DNA of 64,000 nucleotides from an uncultured Spirochaetales bacterium (GTDB taxonomy: Bacteria; Myxococcota_A; UBA9160; SMWR01), in NCBI GenBank assembly GCA_964649065.1, contig CAZYOL010000001.1:1752-65751 (forward strand), read 5' to 3'. The notes below the pieces were generated by a model. That model did not search any database. It was given only the letters and a program-made list of their open reading frames with translations, and was not told where the DNA came from. The position numbers were made by a program, and so were the translations under genes. Shown here one piece after another: positions 9,901 to 18,353 of this stretch (the stretch's first letter is position 1; each line of letters starts with the position of its first letter).

Positions 9901-11283
9901 ATGCACCTCGCAAGCCTCCGCTGCGGCGTGCTGCTCGCCGTGCTCGCCGTCTCGAGCCCGGGCTGCGCGCCCGAGCGCCCCGCCAACCTGCTGCTGGTGA
10001 GCGTCGACACGCTGCGCGCCGACGCGCTCGGCGCCTACGGCGGGCCGGTTCCGACGCCGACTCTCGACGGGCTCGCCGCCTCGGGGCTGCTTTTCGAGGC
10101 GGCCATCGCGTCGGCCCCGGAGACGGCGCCCAGCCACGCTTCGCTCTTCACGGGCCTTCCGGTGCAGGCCCATGGCGTCACCCAGAACGGGGGCTCCCTG
10201 CCCGCCGGGCGACGCACCCTGGCCGAGTCCTTCCGGGAAGGGGGCTTCGCCACCGCGGCCTTCGTGTCGAGCTTCGTGCTGGATCCGCGCTTCGGCTGGA
10301 GTCGCGGCTTCGAGATCTACGACGCCCGGTTTCCCCGCAGCGGCGAGACGATCCACCATCGCATCGGCTTCGCCGCCCGGCACCGGCTGCAGGGCTACGA
10401 CCGGCGAGCCGCTGCCACGCGCCGGGCGGCGCTCGCCTGGCTCGCGGAGGCCCCCGAGCCCTTCTTCCTCTTCGTGCACCTCTTCGATCCGCACGCTCCC
10501 TACCAGGCGCCGCCCGAGTGGCTGGGCCGGGTGCCGGTGCCCTGGGCGCGGCGGGCCGCCGTGCGGCGGGCGCCGGGCCTGCGGGACCAGCCCGGCCTGC
10601 GCCGGCTCCACCCCGCGACCCTCGCCGAGATGCTGCGCCACTACCAGGCCGAGGTGCTGGTCGTCGACGAGGAGATCGGGAGCCTGCTCGAGGCGCTCGA
10701 GGACTCCGGCCGGCGCGCGCGGACGCTGGTGGTGGTGACGGCCGACCACGGGGAGGGGCTCGGCCAGCACCGCATGCTGGACCACTCGCCCAACCTGTAC
10801 GAGGAGCAGATCCGCGTCCCCCTGCTGATGCAGGGGCCCGGGCTGGCGGAGGGGCGTCGCGTCGACGCGTTGGTCGGGCTCGAGGACCTGGCCGCCACGC
10901 TCTGCGAGCTGCTCGGCGTGCCCTCTCGGGTCGCGGGGCAGTCCTTCGCAGGGCTCTTGCGCGGTGGAGCCAGTCCCCGGAAGGCCGTGATCGGCCGCCG
11001 CCGTCTCTACCCCGAGGCCTACGCCGGGACGCGCGGCGTCAAGCACTTCGTCCGGGACTCGCGCTGGAAGTACATCCGCGCCAGCCACGAGCCCGACGAG
11101 CTCTACGACCTGAGCGCGGATCCCCGGGAGAGGCGCGACCTGCTCGAGCGCGAGCCCGAGCAGGCGGCGCGCCTCGCCGCCCTGCTCGACGAGCATCTGC
11201 GCCGGCATCCGCTGCGAGAGGGCGCGGCGGAGCTGGGCGAGGAGGAGCGGCGCGGCCTCGAGGCCCTCGGCTACGGCGACTGA
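9901..11283 (+). CDS. sulfatase-fold (alkaline-phosphatase superfamily) lipoprotein with Thr nucleophile motif
   Basis: Lipobox LAVSSPGC. LLLVSVDTLRADALG metal-binding block. Active-site block TAPSHASLFTG (10123..10155) replaces C/S-x-P-x-R. Later TADHGEGLGQH. Confidence 0.85.
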   Translation: MHLASLRCGVLLAVLAVSSPGCAPERPANLLLVSVDTLRADALGAYGGPVPTPTLDGLAASGLLFEAAIASAPETAPSHASLFTGLPVQAHGVTQNGGSLPAGRRTLAESFREGGFATAAFVSSFVLDPRFGWSRGFEIYDARFPRSGETIHHRIGFAARHRLQGYDRRAAATRRAALAWLAEAPEPFFLFVHLFDPHAPYQAPPEWLGRVPVPWARRAAVRRAPGLRDQPGLRRLHPATLAEMLRHYQAEVLVVDEEIGSLLEALEDSGRRARTLVVVTADHGEGLGQHRMLDHSPNLYEEQIRVPLLMQGPGLAEGRRVDALVGLEDLAATLCELLGVPSRVAGQSFAGLLRGGASPRKAVIGRRRLYPEAYAGTRGVKHFVRDSRWKYIRASHEPDELYDLSADPRERRDLLEREPEQAARLAALLDEHLRRHPLREGAAELGEEERRGLEALGYGD

Positions 11284-11852
11284 GGGCCGGAGGCCACCGC
11301 TCCGAGGCCCGCGGCAGAGACGCGCGTACCCCGCAGCGTGGTGCGCGTGCTCGCGTAGGACTCGCCCGGAGCTCCCCGGTTGGCGATCTCGATGGACACC
11401 GAGCCGTCCCGCTCGACGCTGGCCCACGACTCGGAGACCACGCGCGCGCTCAGCGCGCGGGGCACCAGGGCGAAGTCGGGCTGCACGCCGGGCACCGTCG
11501 TCATCACGAGCTGGGTCTCCGCCTCGCCGGAGAGGACGCGGCCCTCGATGCGGCCCTCGCCCTTTCCGATCACGTCGCAGGGCAGGGCCTCCTCGGCCCC
11601 GGGGCAGATCGTGTCGAGCTCGAAGGTGGCGGTGTAGCCGCTGCCGTCTTCCGAGCGCATGATCACGATCGTTCCCGAGATGTACCGCGAATCGCCCGTG
11701 GCCCCGGTCACCGTCTCGCCGGAGACCGCGTAGCGCCCCTCGATGGGCTGGGTGACTTCGCCCCCTGGCTCCGGTCCCGGCTCGCCGCTGCAGGCCACGG
11801 CCAGGGCCAGGCCGGGAGCCCAGGCCCAGTGACGGCTCGCGGAGCCTCGCAT
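11271..11852 (-). CDS. hypothetical lipoprotein
   Basis: ATG at 11852 gives MRGSASRHWAWAPGLALAVAC (lipobox LAVAC). The 3' end overlaps the convergent sulfatase-fold gene by 13 nt. I recognise no family. Confidence 0.55.
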   Translation of the reverse strand: MRGSASRHWAWAPGLALAVACSGEPGPEPGGEVTQPIEGRYAVSGETVTGATGDSRYISGTIVIMRSEDGSGYTATFELDTICPGAEEALPCDVIGKGEGRIEGRVLSGEAETQLVMTTVPGVQPDFALVPRALSARVVSESWASVERDGSVSIEIANRGAPGESYASTRTTLRGTRVSAAGLGAVASGPQSP

Positions 11853-12005
11853 CGAAGCGTCATGCCCGGTCACTGCTCGCAGCGTCATGCTCGATCCCCC
11901 TCCCCCATCGCTTCCAAGTGTACGCCTGGGTCCCGCGCATGGAAAGCTGGGACCGGGCCGCCGGATCGGGAGCGAGGGCGGCCCTGGGAGCTACGCTCCG
12001 CGGCC

Positions 12006-12674
12006 GTGGAACGATCGACGACTCGAGCGGCGGCCGCTCTGGGCCTCGCCCTGCTGCTCGGCTGCACCACCGAGCTCCGCACCGGAGCCTCCGAGGCCGC
12101 CTCCGTGATCGGCGTGCCCTCGCGCGTCCCCGCCGAGGTGACGCTCTTGGCCCGCCGGGCCGGCTTCCTCGACGCGCGCGTCGACACGCGCCGCTCCGAG
12201 CTGCGCTTCTACTTTCCGGTCAGCGAGGCGTGCATGGCCGTCGTCACCGGCGACGGTCCGGCCGAGTACGCGAGCACCGGGCCCTACGGGCGCCTGTTCC
12301 GGGGCGACCTCAGCTGCGATCCCGTCGGCCTGCTGAACCTGCGCGTCTGGCGCGACCGCCGCCCGCGCCAGACGACGCGGACGAGCAGCATCGTTCCGCG
12401 CGACACCGCCCGCTACGAGGTGGTCTACGTCGACGAGGAGGTCTTCATCGCCCGCGGGCGCTTCCAGCTGGCGGCCCTGGTGGGCTGGGTCGGGGGCTTC
12501 GATACGTTGGCCATCTTCCCCAACGCGCCCGAGTGCGACGCCCTGCTCGAGCGAGGCGTGGCCACGATGGAGTATCGGGACGCCGGACCCGAGCCCATGA
12601 TCCTGATCAACAAGCGGCAGCGCTGTCCCTTCCTCGGCTTCGCCATGAGCTATCCGGAGAGCGGCCTGCCTTGA
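12006..12674 (+). CDS. hypothetical lipoprotein
   Basis: GTG at 12006, in frame in shadow ORF 9657..12674. VERSTTRAAAALGLALLLGC lipobox. The rest has ordinary globular composition. The start is uncertain. Confidence 0.55.
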   Translation: MERSTTRAAAALGLALLLGCTTELRTGASEAASVIGVPSRVPAEVTLLARRAGFLDARVDTRRSELRFYFPVSEACMAVVTGDGPAEYASTGPYGRLFRGDLSCDPVGLLNLRVWRDRRPRQTTRTSSIVPRDTARYEVVYVDEEVFIARGRFQLAALVGWVGGFDTLAIFPNAPECDALLERGVATMEYRDAGPEPMILINKRQRCPFLGFAMSYPESGLP

Positions 12675-13540
12675 GCCGGGACTTCACCGCGATCTGGGTC
12701 GCCTACCTGATGGCCACGATCGTCGCGATCGGCGTCGGCCTGCTGGCGCCCGTCGAGCATCCGATCGCGACCGCGGCCCTGGCCAGCCTGGCCGCCATCG
12801 GCGTGCTCTTCATCCACAGCTTCGCCTTCGGGAACTCGAGCTTCGTCGATGCCTTCTGGAGCGTGGCCCCGGCGGTGATCGGCGTCTACTGGATCGCGAG
12901 CGCCGGGGACGGGCTCGCGTCGACGGCGCGCCAGGTCGTGGTGCTGGCTCTGGTCCTGTGGTGGGGGGCGGGTCTGACCTGGAACTGGGCCCGCGGCTGG
13001 GACGGCCTCGCTCACGAGGATTGGCGCTACGTCGATCTGCGCGAGAGCACGGGGCGTCTCTACTGGGCGGTCTCCCTGCTGGGCATCCACCTGCTCCCCG
13101 CCTGCTGGCTCTTCCTGGGCTGTCTCCCCCTCTACCCGGCCCTGGCGGTGGGGACGCGACCCTGGGGCTGGCTCGACGGCCTGGCCTGTCTGGTCACCGT
13201 CTCGGCCATCGCCTGCGAGCAGCTCGCGGACCGCCAGCTGCACCGCTTCCGGAGCAGCCGCCCGGAGCCGGAGGCCATCCTCGACACCGGGCTCTGGTCC
13301 CTGTCGCGGCATCCGAACTACCTGGGGGAGATGGGTCTCTGGTGGGGGCTCTTCCTCTTCGGCCTGGCCGCGGCGCCGGCCTACTGGTGGACGGGCATCG
13401 GCGCCGCCTCGATCACGCTGATGTTCCGCTACGTGAGCCTGCCGATGATCGAGACGCGCATGCTGGGGCGCCGACCCGCCTTCGCCGAGCGCCAGCGCCA
13501 GGTCGGCATGGTCCTGCCCGGCCTGGGCAAGCGGGCCTGA
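12671..13540 (+). CDS. DUF1295 / steroid 5-alpha-reductase-like membrane protein
   Basis: TTG at 12671 overlaps the upstream TGA (TTGA). Multi-TM protein with the SLSRHPNYLGEMGLWWGLFLFG motif typical of the DUF1295/ICMT-reductase superfamily. Confidence 0.8.
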   Translation: MSRDFTAIWVAYLMATIVAIGVGLLAPVEHPIATAALASLAAIGVLFIHSFAFGNSSFVDAFWSVAPAVIGVYWIASAGDGLASTARQVVVLALVLWWGAGLTWNWARGWDGLAHEDWRYVDLRESTGRLYWAVSLLGIHLLPACWLFLGCLPLYPALAVGTRPWGWLDGLACLVTVSAIACEQLADRQLHRFRSSRPEPEAILDTGLWSLSRHPNYLGEMGLWWGLFLFGLAAAPAYWWTGIGAASITLMFRYVSLPMIETRMLGRRPAFAERQRQVGMVLPGLGKRA

Positions 13541-13572
13541 GCGGCGCTCGCGCGCGCCCGGCGCGAAGCGCG

Positions 13573-14262
13573 CTACTCCGGACGAGTCGGTGCCGGGCTT
13601 CCGTTGGGCTTGGCGACCAGCGCCAGGAAGGTCCGCACGTCGAGGTCGGTGACCATCACCCGCTCCCGCGTGTGCCAGGCGTAGTTCATGGCCGAGTCGC
13701 AGTCGAGGCAGTGCCCCAGGCCCAGCACGTGGCCGAACTCGTGGGCGACGAGCCGCCGGACCTCCCCCAGGGTCAGGGTGGTGCGCGGGTCCGGTGTGGT
13801 CGAGACCTGCATCTCTCCCCCCACCCGGAACTCCTCCCCGCGCTTGGCCCAGGTGATGCGTCCGAAGCCGGCCCAGGTGCCCGGAACCCGGCGCTTCCAC
13901 TCGACCTGCACGGCGGCGCTCGGATCCGACTCGACGAACTCCAGCCGGAACCAGGGCAGGTGGGGCTGCAGCGCCCGTTCCCACATGCGCATGGCCTCGA
14001 TGGCCGCCTCCCGCGCCCGGCGCCGGCTGCCGTAGGCCGGCGGCTCGCGCGGCATGCCGACGGCCACCCGCCAGGGCATGTCCGCCGGCGCCGGGTGCAC
14101 GTAGCCCGGCCGCCCGTCCGGGAGCTTCACGTTGGGCTGCAGGAAGGTGTCGCCCCCGCGGATCGGCCCGTCCTGCTCCGCGGGCTGCGGCTCGGGAGAG
14201 CCGGGCGTCAGGCAGCCCAGCGGAAGGGCCAGCGTCGCGAGGGCACGCCGGGCGGAGGCCAT
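13573..14262 (-). CDS. metzincin (matrixin-like) zinc metalloprotease lipoprotein
   Basis: ATG at 14262. Lipobox LALPLGC. HEFGHVLGLGH (HExxHxxGxxH) followed by a Met-turn candidate SAMNY. Confidence 0.8.
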   Translation of the reverse strand: MASARRALATLALPLGCLTPGSPEPQPAEQDGPIRGGDTFLQPNVKLPDGRPGYVHPAPADMPWRVAVGMPREPPAYGSRRRAREAAIEAMRMWERALQPHLPWFRLEFVESDPSAAVQVEWKRRVPGTWAGFGRITWAKRGEEFRVGGEMQVSTTPDPRTTLTLGEVRRLVAHEFGHVLGLGHCLDCDSAMNYAWHTRERVMVTDLDVRTFLALVAKPNGSPAPTRPE

Positions 14263-14266
14263 CGGA

Positions 14267-15985
14267 TCAGTCGCGGAACATCCGGAGCAGGGCGGCGAGC
14301 CGCAGCGTGCTGCCCTCGACCTCGACGTCCGTCGCCAGCGCGAGGGCGGGGTTGCGCAGTCGCAGCACGATCTCCTTCCAGACCTCCGAGTCGGCGGTGA
14401 CCCCGATGTCGGGAGCCTCGGGGTACTCGCGCCGGAACTCGGCGACGCCCCGGCGGATGTGCAGCGCATAGCCCTCGTCGACGTCCGGGAAGCGGAAGCC
14501 GAGCACCACGTCCTCGTCCGCCGCCTGCTCGGGATCGAGATTCACGGGCATGGCGGCCATGAAGTTGCCGATGGGGATGCTGCGCACCAGGTCTCGCACC
14601 GAGTCGTCGATGCGGTCCGCTCCGATCTCGACCTCTCCCTCCAGCTCGAGGGCCTGGGTCAGGTAGTAGTTGCGACCGTTCGGGCTCACGCTCGCGTGGC
14701 CGAGGCTGCGCAGGGCCCGGGCCTTCAGTCCGCGGGCCCGCGCGGAGTCCGGCGCCAGGCGCAGCGCGTGGCCCGCCAGCTCGGCCGCCCAGGCGCTGCG
14801 GCCCGCCTGCTGGGCCTGCTCCGCGGCCTCCAGCAGCGGCTCCAGGCCGCCGGCCAGGGCGGCCATGCCCTCGGCGCGCTCGTCCGGGCCGGCGGGCGAG
14901 AGGTGGGCGGCGTCGCCGTCGAACCAGCCCAGGTAGCCGGTGAAGATCGAGCGCACCGACCACTCGACCGTGCCGTAGAACTCCTGCAGGAAGGGGTGGT
15001 GGCGCAGGTGGTCGGGCAGGCGGACCCGCTCCACCAGCTCGTCCGGGCCGAGCCCCTGATTCATGCCGCGGAGGGTCTGGTCGTGGACGAACTGGATGGC
15101 GTCGCGATAGGCCGTGAGCACCTCGGCGACGCGCTCCTGGCCCGAGATCGGGCGGGTGTGGCTGGGCACCAGGTGCTCCGGCCGCCGCTCGCGCATGGCA
15201 TCGAGGCTGTGCACCCACTCGAGGACGTCTCGGTAGAGCGTGCCGCGGATCGTGTAGAGGTTGGGGAAGGCCTTGTAGAGGTTGTCGCCCGGCAGCAGCA
15301 CGCGCTTCTCGGGGATCCACACGAAGAGCTGGTCGTTGGTCTCGCCGGGCGCGTGGACCAGCTCGAGCTCCACCCCCGCGATCGTCAGCCGCAGCTCGTC
15401 GTCGAAGGTGTGGGTGGGCCGGAGCAGCGAGAGCTCGTCGTCCGGCCGTCCGATCTCGAGGAAGCCCCCGATGCCGGCGTTGACGAAGGCGTCCGGGCCC
15501 TGGCGGGGCAGGCGGCCCCCGAACATGCGGGTGCTGCGCTTCGAGATGATCGGTCGGATGACGCTGACGATGCGGTCGATGTAGTACTCGGTGCTCTCGT
15601 GCGCGTAGACCGGCACGTCTCCGTCGGGGACGAAGCCGCGGCCTCCGAAGACGTGATCCGCGTGGTTGTGGGTGTAGACGAGTGCGACGATCGGCAGGTC
15701 GCTCAGCTCGGCGAAGGCGGCGCGGGCCTGGCGCGCGGCGCCGACGGTCCCGAGCACGTCCACCACGATGGCGCCCTCCTGGCCCTCGATCAGGATCGAG
15801 TTGGCGAGACCGAAGCCCACCGCGACGTGTACGCCCTCGGTGACCGTGTAGACCTGGCGCTCGAACTCGGCGCTGTGGGCAGCCAGGCTGGGCGGCGCCT
15901 CGGACTCGCCCGGCGGCTCCTCGGGCGCCCCGCAGGCGATCCACAGGGCGCCCGCGAGGGCGCACGCGGCGCGTCGCACGGTCAC
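14267..15985 (-). CDS. MBL-fold alkyl/aryl-sulfatase (SdsA1/BDS1-like) with SCP2-like C-terminal domain
   Basis: GTG at 15985 forms a GTGA overlap with the SDR stop. Signal/lipobox ALWIACG. YTHNHADHVFG (HxHxDH). Dimerisation block and C-terminal VLGFRFPDVDEGYALHIRRGVAEF...EVEGSTLRLAALLRMF. Confidence 0.88.
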   Translation of the reverse strand: MTVRRAACALAGALWIACGAPEEPPGESEAPPSLAAHSAEFERQVYTVTEGVHVAVGFGLANSILIEGQEGAIVVDVLGTVGAARQARAAFAELSDLPIVALVYTHNHADHVFGGRGFVPDGDVPVYAHESTEYYIDRIVSVIRPIISKRSTRMFGGRLPRQGPDAFVNAGIGGFLEIGRPDDELSLLRPTHTFDDELRLTIAGVELELVHAPGETNDQLFVWIPEKRVLLPGDNLYKAFPNLYTIRGTLYRDVLEWVHSLDAMRERRPEHLVPSHTRPISGQERVAEVLTAYRDAIQFVHDQTLRGMNQGLGPDELVERVRLPDHLRHHPFLQEFYGTVEWSVRSIFTGYLGWFDGDAAHLSPAGPDERAEGMAALAGGLEPLLEAAEQAQQAGRSAWAAELAGHALRLAPDSARARGLKARALRSLGHASVSPNGRNYYLTQALELEGEVEIGADRIDDSVRDLVRSIPIGNFMAAMPVNLDPEQAADEDVVLGFRFPDVDEGYALHIRRGVAEFRREYPEAPDIGVTADSEVWKEIVLRLRNPALALATDVEVEGSTLRLAALLRMFRD

Positions 15986-16836
15986 GAGCCCGGCAGCAGC
16001 GGAACGAGGCTGCCCGCGGTGTTGCCGCCGTCCACGGTGAAATCGGCTCCGGTGCAGGAGGCGGCGGCGTCGGAGGCCAGGAAGGCGACCAGCTTCGCCA
16101 CGTCTCCGATCCGGTCCGCGATCTTGCGCTTGCGCTGGGTCGCCAGGTAGGGCTGGCTCGCGCCCAGGGCCCGCTCCGGGTCGACGCCCTCGGGCAGGTA
16201 GGGGGCCACCATGTGCGGGCTGCCCGCCTCGGGGCAGACGGCGTTGACGCGGATTCCGTGCTTGCCGAGCTCCAAGGCCGCCACGCGGGTCATGCCGCGG
16301 ATCGCCCACTTGCTGGCCGAGTAGGCGACCAGCCCGTTCTTGGTGGTGCGTCCGTCGACCGAGGAGATGTTGACGATCGAGCCGCCGCCCGCCTCGACCA
16401 TCGGGGCGGCGACCGCTCGCATGCCGAGGAAGGTGCCCGTCTGGTTCACGCGGACCACCCGCTCGTAGTCCTCCAGGGTGGTGTCGCGCAGCGCGGCCAT
16501 GTGCAGCACCGCGGCGTTGTTCACCAGGACGTCGAGCTGGCCCCAGTGCTCCAGGGCCTGGGCGACCGCCCCGCTCCAGTCCGCCTCGTTTCCGACGTCG
16601 AGGTGGCGGTAGAGCGCGGCCTCGCCCAGCTCCGCCGCCACCTGCTCGCCCAGCGGATCGAGCACGTCGGCGACCAGCACCCGGGCTCCCTCGGCCGCGA
16701 AGAGCCGGGCCGTGGCCTCGCCGGTGCCGCGCGCCGCGCCCGTCACGATCGCCGTCTTGCCTTCGAGAATGCCGCCCAGCCCCACTGCCTCGCGCTCCGT
16801 TCTCGCCGCCGATCCGCTCCGGCGCCGGGCGAGCAT
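15982..16836 (-). CDS. SDR family NAD(P)-dependent oxidoreductase
   Basis: GKTAIVTGAARGTGEATARLFAAEGARVLVADV, NNAAV, and catalytic YSASKWAIRGMTRVAALELGKHGIRVNAVCP. The start could be a few codons downstream. Confidence 0.88.
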   Translation of the reverse strand: MLARRRSGSAARTEREAVGLGGILEGKTAIVTGAARGTGEATARLFAAEGARVLVADVLDPLGEQVAAELGEAALYRHLDVGNEADWSGAVAQALEHWGQLDVLVNNAAVLHMAALRDTTLEDYERVVRVNQTGTFLGMRAVAAPMVEAGGGSIVNISSVDGRTTKNGLVAYSASKWAIRGMTRVAALELGKHGIRVNAVCPEAGSPHMVAPYLPEGVDPERALGASQPYLATQRKRKIADRIGDVAKLVAFLASDAAASCTGADFTVDGGNTAGSLVPLLPGS

Positions 16837-16837
16837 T

Positions 16838-18283
16838 CTACCGCTCCTGGGCGGGGGATAAGTAGCGCTCCTCGCGGGCGATCTTGAGCAGCTGACCGCC
16901 CTCGAGGGGCTGATCCGTGAACACGCCGTTCATGATCGCCGTCTCCTGGACGTTCCAGCGGTTGCCGGTGCGGGCGGAGAAGCTCGACAGGTCTTCCCCC
17001 TGACGGGCGCGGGCCAGCACCAGGCGCCGCTCGGTCACGGCGGCCAGCTGCTCCGGCGTCGCCGGCCGGAAGCTGCGCGCCACCGACATGAAGGCCGGCA
17101 GGTAGCGGCTCGACAGGGCGGCTCCGGTGATCCGGTACATGGTGCTGTTGAAGGAGACCCAGGTCATCATCACGTCGAGTCCCCCCGGCACCCGGGTGGC
17201 GCGGCCGGTGGCGCGCACCGCGTCGAAGCCGCCGATCTTGAGCGGCTCCAGGGTCTGCAGGCGGAACTCCTTCTCGACGCTCTTCAGGAACTCCTCGGCG
17301 GAGAGCCTGGGATCCAGGCCCAGGCCCTGGGCCTGCAGGAAGACCTGGGCGTCGCGCTTCGGGGAGAAGGCGCCCACGGCCTCCTGGGTGTTGAGCACCT
17401 CCCAGCCGCCGGGGAAGCGCAGGGAGAAGCCGAGGCTCGGATGCACGAAGCGGTCGCCCTGGAAGACGCCCTCGCGGGCGCTGGGTCCGACCACGAGGCC
17501 CTCGATGCGACGCAGGTAGCCGTCGGGCTCGTTGGCGAGCTCCGGCACGCGCGTCCAGCGGATCACGCCGGCCCGGTTGGCCGCCGTGGCGACGCGCTCG
17601 GTGGTGACCGGGTGGGTGTCGAAGAAGCTCGGCAGTCGCGAGCGGCCGAACTGGAGCCGCTCGCCGAACTCCAGGCCGCGCAGGAAGTCGGCCATGCCCC
17701 TGGGGTCGTAGCCGGCCAGCCCCGCGAGCCCCTGCCCCAGGCGGTCGGCCTCGCGCTCCTGGTCCCGCCCGTAGGCGGCGATCTGTCCCATGGCGGCGTA
17801 GGCGAAGGGGCCGGGGGGCAGGCCCTGGGAGACGGCCTGGCGGGCGGCGGCGTGGCGCGCCGCGACGTGCACGATCTCGTGGGCGAGCACGTTGGCCAGC
17901 TCGTCCTCGGAGTTCGCGAGGACGAGCAGGCCGCGGGACACGAAGATCGGTCCCCCGGGCAGGGCGAAGGCGTTCGGCGCCGCCTGGTCGATGATCGTGA
18001 ACGAGTACTCGAAGCCGCGCCGGGGGGCGAAGCGGAGCAGTCGGCGTCCGATCTCGTCCACGTAGGCGACCAGATCGGCCCGCTCGACCAGGCCCATCTG
18101 TGCGCGAACCTGGGCCGCGGCCTCGCGGCCCACCTTCTCGTCCTGGGCCTCGCTCTGGAGCAGGACCTCGCGCTTGCGCGGAGCCTCGTCGGAGCCGCCG
18201 CCCTTGGCACAGGCCGTCCAGCTCGCGGGGAGCGCCGCTGCTGCGATCAGCGCCGCGACGACGACGAGGGGCGTTCGGCGCAT
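16838..18283 (-). CDS. M48 family zinc metalloprotease lipoprotein
   Basis: ATG at 18283 gives MRRTPLVVVAALIAAAALPASWTAC. PNAFALPGGPIFVSRGLL and HEIVHVAARH (HExxH). The stop is 1 nt from the SDR start. Confidence 0.85.
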   Translation of the reverse strand: MRRTPLVVVAALIAAAALPASWTACAKGGGSDEAPRKREVLLQSEAQDEKVGREAAAQVRAQMGLVERADLVAYVDEIGRRLLRFAPRRGFEYSFTIIDQAAPNAFALPGGPIFVSRGLLVLANSEDELANVLAHEIVHVAARHAAARQAVSQGLPPGPFAYAAMGQIAAYGRDQEREADRLGQGLAGLAGYDPRGMADFLRGLEFGERLQFGRSRLPSFFDTHPVTTERVATAANRAGVIRWTRVPELANEPDGYLRRIEGLVVGPSAREGVFQGDRFVHPSLGFSLRFPGGWEVLNTQEAVGAFSPKRDAQVFLQAQGLGLDPRLSAEEFLKSVEKEFRLQTLEPLKIGGFDAVRATGRATRVPGGLDVMMTWVSFNSTMYRITGAALSSRYLPAFMSVARSFRPATPEQLAAVTERRLVLARARQGEDLSSFSARTGNRWNVQETAIMNGVFTDQPLEGGQLLKIAREERYLSPAQER

Positions 18284-18353
18284 CGGGCTCGGCAGCGTAC
18301 CAAAGAAGCGCGAGCCGACCGGCTCCCCCGGGCCACGGGATAAGCTGCCGCGC

